From NCBI GenBank assembly GCA_047601445.1, contig JASGJH010000001.1:5824001-5888000 (forward strand): DNA of 64,000 nucleotides, written 5' to 3'. Made by a program: the position numbers and the translations under genes. Below, in pieces: positions 37,875 through 49,044 of the stretch (positions are counted from its first letter, which is position 1; each line of letters starts with the position of its first letter). The notes under the pieces are model-generated. The model was not told the DNA's origin and did not search any database. It was given only the letters and a program-made list of their open reading frames with translations. This DNA is from Myxococcales bacterium (GTDB lineage: Bacteria > Myxococcota_A > Polyangia > Polyangiales > DASUME01).

Positions 37875-40034
37875 ATGACCTTACCTGGCAAAGTGTCGTC
37901 GGTGCAGGCCGTTCCAGCGGAGACGTCGCCCGCCTCTGCGGTGGACACGCTGGTCGCGTCGACTGCCAAGGCTCAAACGCGGCCACTGTTCGAGACGGCC
38001 ATCGTGCGTCGCGCCCTGCTCGACTCGGTGAGCAAACTCCATCCACGACACATGGTCCGCAACCCCGTGATGTTCGTGGTGGAGGTTGGCAGCGCGTACA
38101 CCAGCTTCCTGTTCGTGCACGCGCTGTTCACCGGGCATGGTGAGGCTTCGCCCTGGTTCATCCTGGCGGTCTCGATCTGGCTGTGGTTCACGGTGTTGTT
38201 CGCCAACTTTGCGGAGGCCATGGCCGAAGGGCGCGGCAAGGCGCAGGCGGATACCCTGCGCAAGGCGCGCAAGGACGTGATGGCCAAGCGCTTGAGCGAA
38301 GCCCGTCGCGGAGCCGACTACACGGAGGTGGTGAGCGGCCGACTGCGGGAGGGTGACGTCGTACTGGTCGACGCTGGAGACCTGATTCCAGGAGACGGAG
38401 AGGTGGTGGAAGGTGCGGCCTCCGTCGATGAAAGCGCCATCACCGGCGAGAGCGCTCCCGTGATTCGAGAGAGCGGTGGAGACCGCAGTGCGGTCACCGG
38501 AGGCACGCGCGTGCTCTCGGACTGGCTGATCGTGCGCATCACGGCCAACCCTGGAGAGACCTTCTTGGATCGCATGATCTCCATGGTGGAAGGCGCCAAG
38601 CGCAAGAAGACCCCCAACGAGATCGCCCTCGACATTTTGCTGGCTGGGCTCTCGATTATCCTGCTGCTCGCCACGGTGACCTTGCTTCCCTATTCGCTGT
38701 TCGCAGTGCAGACGGCGGGCGCCGGGATGCCGGTGAGTCAGACCATCTTGGTCGCGCTCCTGGTGTGCTTGATCCCGACCACCATCGGCGGACTCCTGTC
38801 CGCCATCGGCATCGCAGGCATGGACCGGATGATCCAGGCCAATGTAATCGCGACCTCCGGACGAGCGGTGGAAGCGGCGGGCGACGTGGACGTGCTCTTG
38901 CTCGACAAGACAGGCACCATCACGCTCGGCAACCGGCAAGCCACTGCGTTTCTGCCGGCGACCGGAGTGGGAGAGCGTGAGCTCGCGGACGCCGCTCAGC
39001 TCGCATCGCTCGCCGACGAGACCCCTGAAGGACGCAGCATCGTCGTGCTCGCCAAGGAGAAGTTCAACCTGCGTGGCCGCGACCTGCACCAGCTCGGCGC
39101 CCACTTCGTGCCCTTCAGCGCCGCCACTCGCATGAGCGGCGTGGACTTGAACGGCCAACGCATCCGCAAAGGCGCGGGGGAAGCCATCGAGCGCTTCGTC
39201 CAGGAGCAGCACGGTAGCTTGCCAGCCCAGGTGCGCGCGTCGCTCGACGAGGTGGCCAGGGCTGGCGGAACGCCGCTCGTGGTCGCCGACGGTGCGCGCG
39301 TGCTCGGTGTGGTGCACCTGAAGGACATCGTGAAAGGCGGCATCAAAGAGCGCTTCGTGGAGATGCGAAAGATCGGCATTCGCACCGTGATGATCACGGG
39401 CGACAACCCGGTGACGGCCGCGGCCATCGCGGCCGAGGCGGGCGTGGACGACTTCCTCGCCGAGGCCACGCCAGAGGCCAAGCTCGGCATGATCCGAGAG
39501 TATCAGGCCAAGGGTCACCTGGTGGCGATGACGGGTGACGGCACCAACGATGCACCGGCGCTCGCCCAAGCCGACGTGGCGGTGGCGATGAACACGGGGA
39601 CTCAGGCGGCCAAGGAAGCAGGCAACATGGTGGACCTCGACTCCAATCCCACCAAGCTGCTCTCCATCGTCGAGATCGGGAAGCAGATGCTGATCACCCG
39701 TGGCGCCTTGACCACCTTCAGCATCGCCAACGATCTGGCCAAGTACTTCGCCATTATCCCGGCCGCCTTCGCGGTCACCTATCCGCAGCTCGACGCGCTC
39801 AACGTGATGGGCCTGCACTCGCCCACCACGGCCGTGTTGTCTGCGGTGATCTTCAACGCACTCATCATCGTGGCGCTGATCCCGCTGGCGCTGCGCGGCA
39901 TTCGCTATCGCCCGGTGGGGGCGTCTCGCATGCTTCGCCACAACATCCTGGTGTACGGGGTGGGCGGCGTGGTGCTGCCGTTTCCTTTCATCAAGTTGAT
40001 CGACGTGCTGCTCACCGCCATCGGTGTGGGCTGA
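37875..40034 (+). CDS. kdpB: K+-transporting ATPase subunit B
   Basis: [18 protein letters not shown] and GDGTND. Confidence 0.97.
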   Translation: MTLPGKVSSVQAVPAETSPASAVDTLVASTAKAQTRPLFETAIVRRALLDSVSKLHPRHMVRNPVMFVVEVGSAYTSFLFVHALFTGHGEASPWFILAVSIWLWFTVLFANFAEAMAEGRGKAQADTLRKARKDVMAKRLSEARRGADYTEVVSGRLREGDVVLVDAGDLIPGDGEVVEGAASVDESAITGESAPVIRESGGDRSAVTGGTRVLSDWLIVRITANPGETFLDRMISMVEGAKRKKTPNEIALDILLAGLSIILLLATVTLLPYSLFAVQTAGAGMPVSQTILVALLVCLIPTTIGGLLSAIGIAGMDRMIQANVIATSGRAVEAAGDVDVLLLDKTGTITLGNRQATAFLPATGVGERELADAAQLASLADETPEGRSIVVLAKEKFNLRGRDLHQLGAHFVPFSAATRMSGVDLNGQRIRKGAGEAIERFVQEQHGSLPAQVRASLDEVARAGGTPLVVADGARVLGVVHLKDIVKGGIKERFVEMRKIGIRTVMITGDNPVTAAAIAAEAGVDDFLAEATPEAKLGMIREYQAKGHLVAMTGDGTNDAPALAQADVAVAMNTGTQAAKEAGNMVDLDSNPTKLLSIVEIGKQMLITRGALTTFSIANDLAKYFAIIPAAFAVTYPQLDALNVMGLHSPTTAVLSAVIFNALIIVALIPLALRGIRYRPVGASRMLRHNILVYGVGGVVLPFPFIKLIDVLLTAIGVG

Positions 40035-40047
40035 AGGAGGGGCCGTC

Positions 40048-40635
40048 ATGAACTCATACGTGCGCCCGGGTCTCGTGTTGCTGGGACTCTTCACGTTGCT
40101 CACGGGTCTCGCCTATCCCGCGCTGGTCACCGTGCTGGCGCAAGCGGCGTTTCCCGGCGAAGCCAACGGCAGCTTGATCGAGCACGATGGATCCATCGCG
40201 GGTTCGCGGCTGATCGGCCAGCCCTTCGAGAGCCCCGGTTACTTCTGGGGGCGTCCCTCCGCCACTGCACCCGTGCCCTACAACGGCGCGGCCTCGAGCG
40301 GTTCCAATCAAGGGCCGCTCAACCCGGCCCTGAAGGAGGCGGTTGCCGCGCGCGTGGCGGCCTTGCGTGCTGCCGATCCGGGACAGCAAGATGCGCCGGT
40401 GCCAGTGGATTTGGTGACGGCATCGGGCAGCGGGCTCGATCCACACCTCTCCCCTGCGGCGGCGCGCTATCAGGTGCCGCGCGTGGCGCGCGCGCGTGTT
40501 CTCTCGGAGGCGACGGTCGCCGGGCTGGTGGAGCGCCACACGGAGGGGCGCACGCTCGGATTGTTGGGGGAGACGCGCGTCAACGTGCTCGAGCTGAACC
40601 TGGCCCTGGACGCGCTGTCCGCCAAAACGCGTTGA
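40048..40635 (+). CDS. kdpC: K+-transporting ATPase subunit C
   Basis: [18 protein letters not shown] and [20 protein letters not shown] before ATG 40048. Confidence 0.96.
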   Translation: MNSYVRPGLVLLGLFTLLTGLAYPALVTVLAQAAFPGEANGSLIEHDGSIAGSRLIGQPFESPGYFWGRPSATAPVPYNGAASSGSNQGPLNPALKEAVAARVAALRAADPGQQDAPVPVDLVTASGSGLDPHLSPAAARYQVPRVARARVLSEATVAGLVERHTEGRTLGLLGETRVNVLELNLALDALSAKTR

Positions 40636-40669
40636 GCTGCGCCTTTTCGGGGGTAGGGTAGGAGTCGAC

Positions 40670-43453
40670 GTGGGTGAACAACGACGAGATGCTCTCGGAC
40701 GTCCCGACCCCGACGAGCTCCTGCGGCGCTTGAACGCCGAGCGCGAGCGCGCCGAACGCGGCAAGTTCAAGGTTTTCTTCGGCTTCGCACCGGGGGTCGG
40801 CAAGACCTACGCGATGCTCGAGTCCGCCCACCGACTCAAGGGCCAGGGGATCGACGTGGTGGTGGGCGCCGTGGAGACCCACGGGCGCACCGAGACCGAG
40901 AAGTTGTGCGTGGGGCTCGAAGTGCTGCCGCGCCGCGAGGTGCTCCACCGTGGGACCACGCTGCACGAGTTCGATCTCGAGCGCGCGCTGGTTCGCAAGC
41001 CTCAGGTGCTGTTGTTGGACGAGCTCGCCCACACCAACGCCGAGGGCTCACGTCACAGAAAGCGCTATCAGGACGCGCTCGATCTGCTCGAGGCAGGCAT
41101 CGAGGTGCACACCACGCTGAACGTCCAGCACGTGGAGAGCCTCAACGACGTGGTGGCTCAAGTGACCTCCGTGCGGGTGCGCGAGACCGTGCCCGACGCC
41201 GTGCTCGACCGCGCCGAAGAGATCGAGCTGGTAGACCTGCCGCCCGAGGACCTCCTGGCGCGCTTGCGCGAAGGCCGCGTGTATATCCCGGAGCAGGCCA
41301 GCCGTGCCGCGCAGAACTTCTTCAAGCTCGGCAATTTGCTGGCACTACGCGAGCTCGCCCTGCGCCGCACCGCCGATCGCGTCGACGTGGACGTGCGTGC
41401 CTATCGCGCCGAGCATCGTATCGATCAGGTATGGGCGGCCGGGGAGCGCATCCTCGTGTGCGTCGGACCGAGCCCTGGGTCGGCGCGCCTGGTGCGTGCG
41501 GCGCGACGAATGTCTGCGGGCCTCCGAGCTCCGTGGCTCGCGGTATACGTGGAGCGCAGTACGGGCGCGCCCATCGGCCAGTCGGCCCGCGAACGCCTGG
41601 AGTCCAACCTGCGTCTCGCGGAGTCGCTGGGCGGCACGGTGGTGCGCCTGGTGGGCACCGATGTCGCGGACAGCTTGCTCGAGTACGCCCGCAAGCACAA
41701 CGTCACGCGCATCATCCTCGGCAAGCCCACGCACCCGCGTCTGCGCGACCGCTTGCGTGGATCGCTGGTCGACTCCGTGGTGCGTGGTAGCGGTGGCATC
41801 GATGTGCACGTGATTTCGGGGGATGCCGGGGACGCCCCGAGCCGCCCTGCTCCTCCGCCCCCGAGCCAGCGGACCGGGCTGCGCAGCTACCTGTGGGCGT
41901 TGGTGGCGGTCGGCGCGGCGACCGGTCTGGCGGCGCTCTTGCGCGTGGTGCTCGCGCCGCCCGACCTGGTGATGATCTACCTCGTGGCCATCATGTTGGT
42001 GGCCATCCGTTTCCCACTCTCGGTCGCCATCCTGGCTTCGGCGCTCTCGGTAGCAGTCTACGACTTTTTCTTCGTGCCTCCCTACCGCACGCTAGCCGTC
42101 TCGGACGTCCGCCACTTGCTCACGTTCCTGATGATGTTCGCCGTGGGTGTAGTGATCAGCAATCTCACTTTGAGGCTTCGGCGGCAGGAGCTGCGCGCCC
42201 GCGAGCGCGAGGATCGCACCGCCACGCTCTACGCGCTCAGCCGCGACCTGGGCACCACCTTCGGTGAGCCGCAGGTGGCGGCGGTGCTGGCGCGTCACGC
42301 GAGCTCCGTGTTCGGCGTGGCCGCGAATGTCAGCAAGTTGAGCGAGCGGCGCAGCTTGACGCGTCTTGCGAGCGCGGGAGCAGCCCCCATCGGGCCCACC
42401 GAGGATGGAGCTGCGCGCTGGGTGCTCGAGCACGGGCGACCGGCGGGCTGCGGGACGGACACCTTGCCGGGAGCGCGCACCTTCTCGGTGCCGCTGAGCG
42501 TGGGACCCAACGTGCATGCAGCTCTCTCCATCGCGCCGCGCTCGCCCCATGGACTGAGCTTCGATGAGCGCGACTTTCTGACGGCGTTCGCGCGTCAGGG
42601 CGCGCAGGCCCTCGAGCGCGCCATGCTCGCCGAGGAGGCCAAGCGCGCAGCACTGCACGCGCGGGCAGAGGAGATGCGCAGCAGCCTGTTGAGCGCGGTG
42701 TCGCACGATCTGCGCACGCCCTTGGCCGCCATCACCGGCGCAGCCAGCAGCTTGCGCGATCAGAGCGTGCACATCCCCGAGGCGCAGCGCGTCGAGCTGC
42801 TCGACACCATCGGTGAAGAAGCCGAGCGCCTCGAGCGCCTGGTGAGCAACTTGCTCGACATGACCCGCCTCGAAGCCGGAGGCGTGGCGTTGCGTCGCGA
42901 ATGGGTCCCGCTCGAAGAGCTGGTGGGATCATCGCTGACCCGCCTGGAAGGCAAGCTGCGTGGGCACCCCATCGACGTGTCGTTGCCGGCCGAGCTGCCC
43001 TTGGTGGCCGTGGATCCGGTGCTGTTCGAGCAGGTCTTCGTGAACTTGTTCGAGAACATCGCCAAGTACACGCCGGTCGGCACCCGCGTCGCCGTGCGAG
43101 GCTGGGTCGAGCCACCTGGGGAGCGTACCGGGGTCCCTGACGCTGCAGAGCGCGCGGCGCCCGTGGTGGCCATCGAACTGCGAGACTGGGGACCGGGCCT
43201 CCCGGAGGGGGGCGAAGAACGCGTCTTCGAGAAGTTCTATCGTGGCAGTCATCGCGGGGTGGCAGGGGTCGGGCTGGGGCTGCCTATTTGCCGGGGCATC
43301 GTCGAGGCCCACGGAGGTACGATCAGCGCCGAAAACCCCCTGGACGGAGGTGCTGGCTTCGTGATCCGTTTGCCGCTCGACCAGTCCCCACCAGACGTGG
43401 AGCTCGCCCCCGATAGCATCGTCGAGTCCTCCTCGAACGGGGCCTCGTCGTGA
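40670..43453 (+). CDS. kdpD: Sensor histidine kinase KdpD
   Basis: GFAPGVGKTYAML, DELAHTN, USP region, four TMs, SHDLRTPL. Confidence 0.96.
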   Translation: MGEQRRDALGRPDPDELLRRLNAERERAERGKFKVFFGFAPGVGKTYAMLESAHRLKGQGIDVVVGAVETHGRTETEKLCVGLEVLPRREVLHRGTTLHEFDLERALVRKPQVLLLDELAHTNAEGSRHRKRYQDALDLLEAGIEVHTTLNVQHVESLNDVVAQVTSVRVRETVPDAVLDRAEEIELVDLPPEDLLARLREGRVYIPEQASRAAQNFFKLGNLLALRELALRRTADRVDVDVRAYRAEHRIDQVWAAGERILVCVGPSPGSARLVRAARRMSAGLRAPWLAVYVERSTGAPIGQSARERLESNLRLAESLGGTVVRLVGTDVADSLLEYARKHNVTRIILGKPTHPRLRDRLRGSLVDSVVRGSGGIDVHVISGDAGDAPSRPAPPPPSQRTGLRSYLWALVAVGAATGLAALLRVVLAPPDLVMIYLVAIMLVAIRFPLSVAILASALSVAVYDFFFVPPYRTLAVSDVRHLLTFLMMFAVGVVISNLTLRLRRQELRAREREDRTATLYALSRDLGTTFGEPQVAAVLARHASSVFGVAANVSKLSERRSLTRLASAGAAPIGPTEDGAARWVLEHGRPAGCGTDTLPGARTFSVPLSVGPNVHAALSIAPRSPHGLSFDERDFLTAFARQGAQALERAMLAEEAKRAALHARAEEMRSSLLSAVSHDLRTPLAAITGAASSLRDQSVHIPEAQRVELLDTIGEEAERLERLVSNLLDMTRLEAGGVALRREWVPLEELVGSSLTRLEGKLRGHPIDVSLPAELPLVAVDPVLFEQVFVNLFENIAKYTPVGTRVAVRGWVEPPGERTGVPDAAERAAPVVAIELRDWGPGLPEGGEERVFEKFYRGSHRGVAGVGLGLPICRGIVEAHGGTISAENPLDGGAGFVIRLPLDQSPPDVELAPDSIVESSSNGASS

Positions 43454-44145
43454 ACGTCCCGGGACCCAGCGTGCTCGTGGTGGACGACGAACAACCCATG
43501 CGGCGTTTCCTACGCACTGCGCTGGGAGCTCACGGCTACACCTTGTTCGAAGCGTCGAGCGCGGCGGAAGCCAAGCTGGTGATCACCACCCAGAACCCGA
43601 GTCTGGTGCTGCTCGACCTCGGGCTGCCCGACGCCGACGGCCTCGAATTGACGCGGGAGCTGCGCGAATGGAGCCGGGTGCCGATCATCGTCATCTCCGC
43701 GCGCGGTCGCGAGGATGACAAGGTCGCCGCGCTCGACGCGGGCGCCGACGACTACCTCACCAAGCCCTTCGGCGTGAACGAACTGTTAGCGCGCATCCGC
43801 GTCGCGCTCCGGCATGCCCGGGGAACGGCCCAAGAAGAGAGCAGACCGTTCGAGCTAGGCGGGCTAGCCATCGACTTCACGCGCCGGCTCGTCACGGTAG
43901 ATAGTCGTGAGATCCATCTAACACCCACGGAGTACAAGCTGCTCGGCTTGCTGGCGCGCCACGCGGGTAAGGTCCTCACGCACGCGCAGATCCTCAAGGA
44001 GGTTTGGGGCCCGAACTACGCGAACCAGACCCACTACGTACGCGTGCACATGGCCGAGCTGCGCAAGAAGGTGGAAGTCGACGCGGCCCGACCCCAGCGC
44101 ATCCTCACCGAGCCTGGCGTGGGCTATCGCCTGCGCGACCGCTGA
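43450..44145 (+). CDS. kdpE: Response regulator KdpE
   Basis: LLDLGLPD, ALDAGADDYLTKPF and TEPGVGYR. Confidence 0.95.
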   Translation: MNVPGPSVLVVDDEQPMRRFLRTALGAHGYTLFEASSAAEAKLVITTQNPSLVLLDLGLPDADGLELTRELREWSRVPIIVISARGREDDKVAALDAGADDYLTKPFGVNELLARIRVALRHARGTAQEESRPFELGGLAIDFTRRLVTVDSREIHLTPTEYKLLGLLARHAGKVLTHAQILKEVWGPNYANQTHYVRVHMAELRKKVEVDAARPQRILTEPGVGYRLRDR

Positions 44146-44230
44146 CCCGCGCTTCGTGGGCCTGCACCCAATCTTGCTCGCCACGGGACCCAAACCAGGT
44201 GTTCTGGAACGTTGGTAACCCAAGGGGGTT

Positions 44231-45820
44231 GTGGCATATTGCGCCGCGAGGTTCACCCCCTTGGCCAAACCCACGCTCGGCTCGATTGTCGGCGGGAAAT
44301 ACAAGCTCCTGCGCGCGCTCGGCGAAGGCGGGATGGGGACGGTGTACGAGGTGGAGCACGCGCTCACGCACAAGCGCGCCGCCATCAAGTGGGTGCACCC
44401 GCAAATGGGCTCCTCCGACAGCGCCCACGACCGGCTACTCCACGAGGCCCGCGCCACCTCGCGCATCCACCACCGCAACGTAGTCGATGTGTACGACGTC
44501 TTGCGGGAGGACGTCGCCGTCTGCCTGGTGATGCAGCTGTTGGTAGGCGAGCCGCTGTCGGATCTCATCGCGCGCGGGCCGATGCCCCTGAGCGAGTTCG
44601 TCGCCTTGCTCCTGCCTGCCATGCGCGGCGTGGCCGCGGCGCACGCGGCGGGCGTCATCCACCGCGACATCAAACCCGACAATATCTTTCTCGCTCAAGA
44701 GCCCGGGCAGTCCGAGATCGTCCCCAAGGTGATCGACTTCGGTATCTCCAAAGTCTTCGACCCCAAGGCGTCCAATCACACGCGCTCTGGGATCACCATG
44801 GGTACACCCAAGTACGTCTCCTACGAGCAGCTGCTCGGCGCGCGAGACGTGGACGCGCGGGCCGATGTGTACGCGTTCGGCGTGATGCTCTACGAAGCCA
44901 TCACGGGGGAGCCTCCCTACCGTGCCGGGACCTTTGGTGAGCAGGCCGTGGCCTTCGCGATGTCGGTTCCGGCGCGGCCCGTGTTGCTGCGACCCGACCT
45001 GCCGCCGGCCCTCGATACGCTGGTCTACCGCGCCATCGCCAAAGACCGCGAGCACCGCATCCGCAATATCGAAGCCTTGATCGCCGAGCTCGAGCAGTTC
45101 GCGGATGCCAAGGCCTACCCCGTGCCCATGCAGGCCTTCGCGGAGCCCGTACCGCCCTTCGGCACCCTGCAGCACGACGACCCGACGTCGCCCGCGGTGG
45201 TGACCCCCAGCTCGCAACCCCGCGACTCCTTGCCCGAGGTGAGTCGCCTCTCTCCCACGCCGAGCGCCCCGGCGCCGGTCGTGCCGGTGGCTAGCACCAG
45301 CCGCCGCCCGCGCGTGCGACTTACGAGCTTGATCGTGTTCGCCTGCGCGGCAGGTCTGCTCGGCCTGCTCGTATGGTGGTTCCAGGTGCCCAATCACCAG
45401 GCCTCCTTGCCGGCGGCGCGCGCGGAGTCCGCACCCACCACGGCCACGGGGGCTCGCGCACCAAGCCCCGGGTTCGCCACCAGCCCAGCCCCCAGCGGCA
45501 TAGGTCCCAGCAGTACGCCCGAGCCAACGTCCAACCCCAACGAGAGCGAACTGCTTCCCTCCCGAGCGAACGCCATGTTGCCCACCACCTCCCCAGCGAC
45601 CGTGCCCTCTGCCGTGCCTCTCTTGGGGGCTCCGCCGCCCGCAGCGTCCAAACAGCCAGTCGCCCGGCGCCAGGTCCCGCCGATCGTGAGCAAGGCGCCC
45701 GCGCGTGATCCGAGCGAGTCTGCCCCCGTCGCGCCGCGAGAGGCCGTCGACACTCCCAAGTCCGATGCCTCGGGCAATGAAACCCATCGCGCCGGGCGCC
45801 TCGGGCGCGACGAGTTCTGA
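44231..45820 (+). CDS. Membrane Ser/Thr protein kinase (Pkn type)
   Basis: GEGGMG, AIK, HRDIKPDN, DFG and GTPKY; one TM then a Pro-rich tail. Start may be TTG 44261. Confidence 0.92.
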   Translation: MAYCAARFTPLAKPTLGSIVGGKYKLLRALGEGGMGTVYEVEHALTHKRAAIKWVHPQMGSSDSAHDRLLHEARATSRIHHRNVVDVYDVLREDVAVCLVMQLLVGEPLSDLIARGPMPLSEFVALLLPAMRGVAAAHAAGVIHRDIKPDNIFLAQEPGQSEIVPKVIDFGISKVFDPKASNHTRSGITMGTPKYVSYEQLLGARDVDARADVYAFGVMLYEAITGEPPYRAGTFGEQAVAFAMSVPARPVLLRPDLPPALDTLVYRAIAKDREHRIRNIEALIAELEQFADAKAYPVPMQAFAEPVPPFGTLQHDDPTSPAVVTPSSQPRDSLPEVSRLSPTPSAPAPVVPVASTSRRPRVRLTSLIVFACAAGLLGLLVWWFQVPNHQASLPAARAESAPTTATGARAPSPGFATSPAPSGIGPSSTPEPTSNPNESELLPSRANAMLPTTSPATVPSAVPLLGAPPPAASKQPVARRQVPPIVSKAPARDPSESAPVAPREAVDTPKSDASGNETHRAGRLGRDEF

Positions 45821-45823
45821 GCC

Positions 45824-46684
45824 GTGCTCCAAACGCGCTCTTTTCTCCTCGTGATGTTCTTGTCGAGCCTGGAGCTCGTCAGTCGCGTCCAGGCCCAGAC
45901 CGGCGATGCCGCCGCACCGAGCAACGTCGTCACGGGCGTTCCGGCGGCTCCGGTCGTGAACCCTCCGGCATTCGAGGAACCACCCGGCTACGCCGAGCTC
46001 ATCGACGCCGCCATTCGCGAGCATGAGCTCACGCACTTCCAGGAGGCCCGGGAGCTCTTGCTCAAGGCCCACGCCATGTTTCCGAACGCGCGTACCCTGC
46101 GCGGCCTGGGCAAGGTTGAGTACGAGCTGCGCAACTACGGTCACGCGGTGAGCCACCTCGAGAACGCATTGGCTTCGCCGGTGCGCCCCCTCGACGCGCG
46201 GCTGCGCGCCGAGGTGGAGGAGCTACTCGCCCGCGCGCGCGCCTACGTGGGCGAGGTGCACGTGGCCGTGAAACCGAGCAGCGCCTCGGTGATCGTCGAC
46301 GGCGTCACCGTGGCAAGCGGGCCCCAGGCTGTGTTCTCGCTGGTGGTGGGCGACCACCTCATCGAGTTCCAGGCAGCAGGACATTTCCCCGAGCGACGCG
46401 CCGTGCGCGTGAAGGGCGGCGAGCAGACCAACATTCAGGTCGTGCTCAACGCGCCGCTGGCGGACAAGGAGCCAGCTAGCCCCGAGAAGGCTGCCCCATC
46501 CCAGCCCAGCAGCGCGCCCCACGACGATGAGGCGCGCACGCGCACGCGCAGGCGCTGGCTGGCGTGGACCCTGTCGGCGGTGGCCGTCACGGGTGCCGCG
46601 CTCGCAATCGGCTTCGCGTTTCGCGACGATTCCACCGGTCGCGCGGATGGAGGCACGAGCGGCGTCGTCCTGAGGAACCCATGA
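45824..46684 (+). CDS. TPR + PEGA domain exported protein
   Basis: Signal peptide, TPR-like helices, VIVDG...GDHLIE PEGA-like segment, C-terminal TM. Confidence 0.75.
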   Translation: MLQTRSFLLVMFLSSLELVSRVQAQTGDAAAPSNVVTGVPAAPVVNPPAFEEPPGYAELIDAAIREHELTHFQEARELLLKAHAMFPNARTLRGLGKVEYELRNYGHAVSHLENALASPVRPLDARLRAEVEELLARARAYVGEVHVAVKPSSASVIVDGVTVASGPQAVFSLVVGDHLIEFQAAGHFPERRAVRVKGGEQTNIQVVLNAPLADKEPASPEKAAPSQPSSAPHDDEARTRTRRRWLAWTLSAVAVTGAALAIGFAFRDDSTGRADGGTSGVVLRNP

Positions 46685-48072
46685 AGCGTTGGTCGAACTT
46701 GCTCGCGCTGCGCGCCTACGCGCTGCTCCTTCTGGCTTCTCTGGTGCTCGCATGTGAGTCCACGTCCACGCAGCCCGACGGCATCGTGGTGGCGGTCTAC
46801 AGCGATCTCGTCGTGGGATCCGAGTTGAGTACGCTCACAGCCACGGTGATGGATCAGGACGGCAGTAAGGCGGCAGAACACACCTTCCAGCTCGACGCCA
46901 CGGCGCAAGGTGACTCCAACCTCCTGGTCTCCTTTGGCGTGCAACGCGGTCACTCCGAGCGGCTCTATCTCAAGCTGCAGGGCTTCGTCGGTGCCCAAGC
47001 CAATTCCAAGCTGGTCATCGAGCGTGTGCTCGAGGCTCGTTTCGTGTCGGGCAAGACCGCACTCTTGCGGGCGCTGCTGGGCGCGCGTTGCCTCGAGAAA
47101 CTGAGCTGCGACGGCCACACCACGTGCGATCCCTCAAACGGGGGCTGCATGGAGATTGCGGATGCCGCGCTCGAGACTCGCGATCCGAAGACACCCGACG
47201 ATGTCCACTGGCTGCCGACGAACTACGCGCCTCGTGAGAGACCTCAAACCTTCGACTCCGGTAGCGACGCCGCGGTGGACTCGGGCGCGGACTCCGGAGC
47301 AGACACCCTGGCGCCGGGACTCGCGTGCACCGAAGCGGCCGCATGCGACAGTCGAAGCTGCCTCGGAGGCTTTTGCTGCGCGGGTCTTTGCTCGCATGAT
47401 CACGTGGCTCCGAGCTGTCAGGGAGGCGGCTGCGAGAGCGGCATTTGTGACGACGGCTACGCCGATTGCAACGGCGATAAGGCGACCGACGGTTGCGAAA
47501 CGAAGGTCGCTAGCGACCCGAATCACTGCGGCATTTGTCAGAACGTCTGCGACTACGGCGCGTGTCAGGGTGGCGCATGCGTGACCTATGTCGAGGGCTC
47601 GCAATCCAAGGCGCAAACGTTCGACTGGGAGGCCGGCACCGTATGGTCCTTCCGCATTTACAATCAGCACCCAGGGAAGCTTGCTTCGATGGGGGTCTTG
47701 GCCGCCGCGCCGAATCAGGCTCAGCTCTATTTCGCGCTGTATCTGGATAACGGCGGTGCGCGGGGCTCTCGCCTCATCCAGAGCGATGTGCTCACCGTCG
47801 ATGCCGAGCGCGTCGAGTGGCGCGTGCCCGCGAATGTCGACGTGCCGATGCTGGGTGACAACCAGGGCTACTGGTTCTTGTTCACGCTCTCTGCGAAGAC
47901 GACGCTCTACACGGACCCGGGTAATCGCGACTTTTGGTCGTCGACAGGAACGCCGGAGTTTGGTCCAATCATGGGAGACCGACCTGACGACGTGTACAAC
48001 ACGTTCGAGCACGGGATCCGCTTCCCGAATCTGTTCTTTACCGTTGTGCCAAGTGGGGAGTCAGGTTCGTAG
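46681..48072 (+). CDS. Cys-rich lipoprotein
   Basis: Lipobox VLAC; ADCNGDKATDGCE and DPNHCGICQNVC repeats; ATGA coupling to the upstream gene. Confidence 0.78.
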   Translation: MKRWSNLLALRAYALLLLASLVLACESTSTQPDGIVVAVYSDLVVGSELSTLTATVMDQDGSKAAEHTFQLDATAQGDSNLLVSFGVQRGHSERLYLKLQGFVGAQANSKLVIERVLEARFVSGKTALLRALLGARCLEKLSCDGHTTCDPSNGGCMEIADAALETRDPKTPDDVHWLPTNYAPRERPQTFDSGSDAAVDSGADSGADTLAPGLACTEAAACDSRSCLGGFCCAGLCSHDHVAPSCQGGGCESGICDDGYADCNGDKATDGCETKVASDPNHCGICQNVCDYGACQGGACVTYVEGSQSKAQTFDWEAGTVWSFRIYNQHPGKLASMGVLAAAPNQAQLYFALYLDNGGARGSRLIQSDVLTVDAERVEWRVPANVDVPMLGDNQGYWFLFTLSAKTTLYTDPGNRDFWSSTGTPEFGPIMGDRPDDVYNTFEHGIRFPNLFFTVVPSGESGS

Positions 48073-48094
48073 TCCGTGAAAGAGAAGTAGTCGT

Positions 48095-48559
48095 ATGACG
48101 TGCTGTGGTTTGTTTTTCGGCACCGAGTCCACCCAAGGTAACTGTCTGCTCGCGACGCCGATCACCAAGAACAAAGACGCCTTCCCGTACTTCCCCTACA
48201 GCACGCCCCCCACGCCGAACCAGACGAAGCAGATCTACTGCCGCATCTACTCGCACACGCCCTACACCCAATCCATCGAGTACCTCGTCTACGTCTCGCC
48301 GCCGCTGGTGAACGGCGTCTTCCCGAGCACGCCGGTCTTGCAAACGCAGTTCGGGGTCGGCGGCAACTGGGTGGTCTCGGGAAATCGCTACTACAAGCAG
48401 GGCACGTTCCTGTTCACGCCGACGCAGCCGCAGGTGATGAGCGGCATCTGCATGCTGGTCAAAGCCAACCCCATGGGGCTCGCGGACTGCGCTTGCCCGA
48501 CGGGGTTCACCGATCTGGGGCTACAGCCTCTCTGCGCCATCTACGATCGCCCTTGGTGA
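48095..48559 (+). CDS. Hypothetical Thr/Pro/Tyr/Cys-rich protein
   Basis: 154 aa with GC-rich third codon positions and protein-like composition; no family recognised. Confidence 0.6.
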   Translation: MTCCGLFFGTESTQGNCLLATPITKNKDAFPYFPYSTPPTPNQTKQIYCRIYSHTPYTQSIEYLVYVSPPLVNGVFPSTPVLQTQFGVGGNWVVSGNRYYKQGTFLFTPTQPQVMSGICMLVKANPMGLADCACPTGFTDLGLQPLCAIYDRPW

Positions 48560-49044
48560 ACAGCCAACGGAAGACGCCACGTCCGGCCATATAGGGGGGC
48601 CAACGCGCGAAAGGAGCTCGTGATGATCGGTCCGTACTCGCCGTTCAGTCGAGACGATGCCCCCCAAGTTCGGCCCTGTTCCTGCGTCCGCTCCCCCAAC
48701 GCGCGAGGAGGTTCCCGTGACGCGCGATCTATGCGCTGCACCCGGAAAGCCCCGCGCTGCTTCCGCGTGACTGCGCGGTCTCCGCGGCCTGCGTTCGACT
48801 CGAAATGCCAATGCCCTGTGACCGCACTGACACCCGCAGTGCGTTGGCGCGCGCGCACTGCGATAGACCTCGCACGCACTTCAATTGACCCTTTTCAGCG
48901 CCTCGAGGCACATGTAGGGTACGGAGCTCAACGGAGAACTTCGCGCGCCCCGGCGCCTGGTTTCAGGTCCTGACGGCAGAGCACGGCAGGGCACAGCTGG
49001 TTTTCCGAAATCGTTTTTATCTTGGTGTTCAAAAAAGGTGGCTT

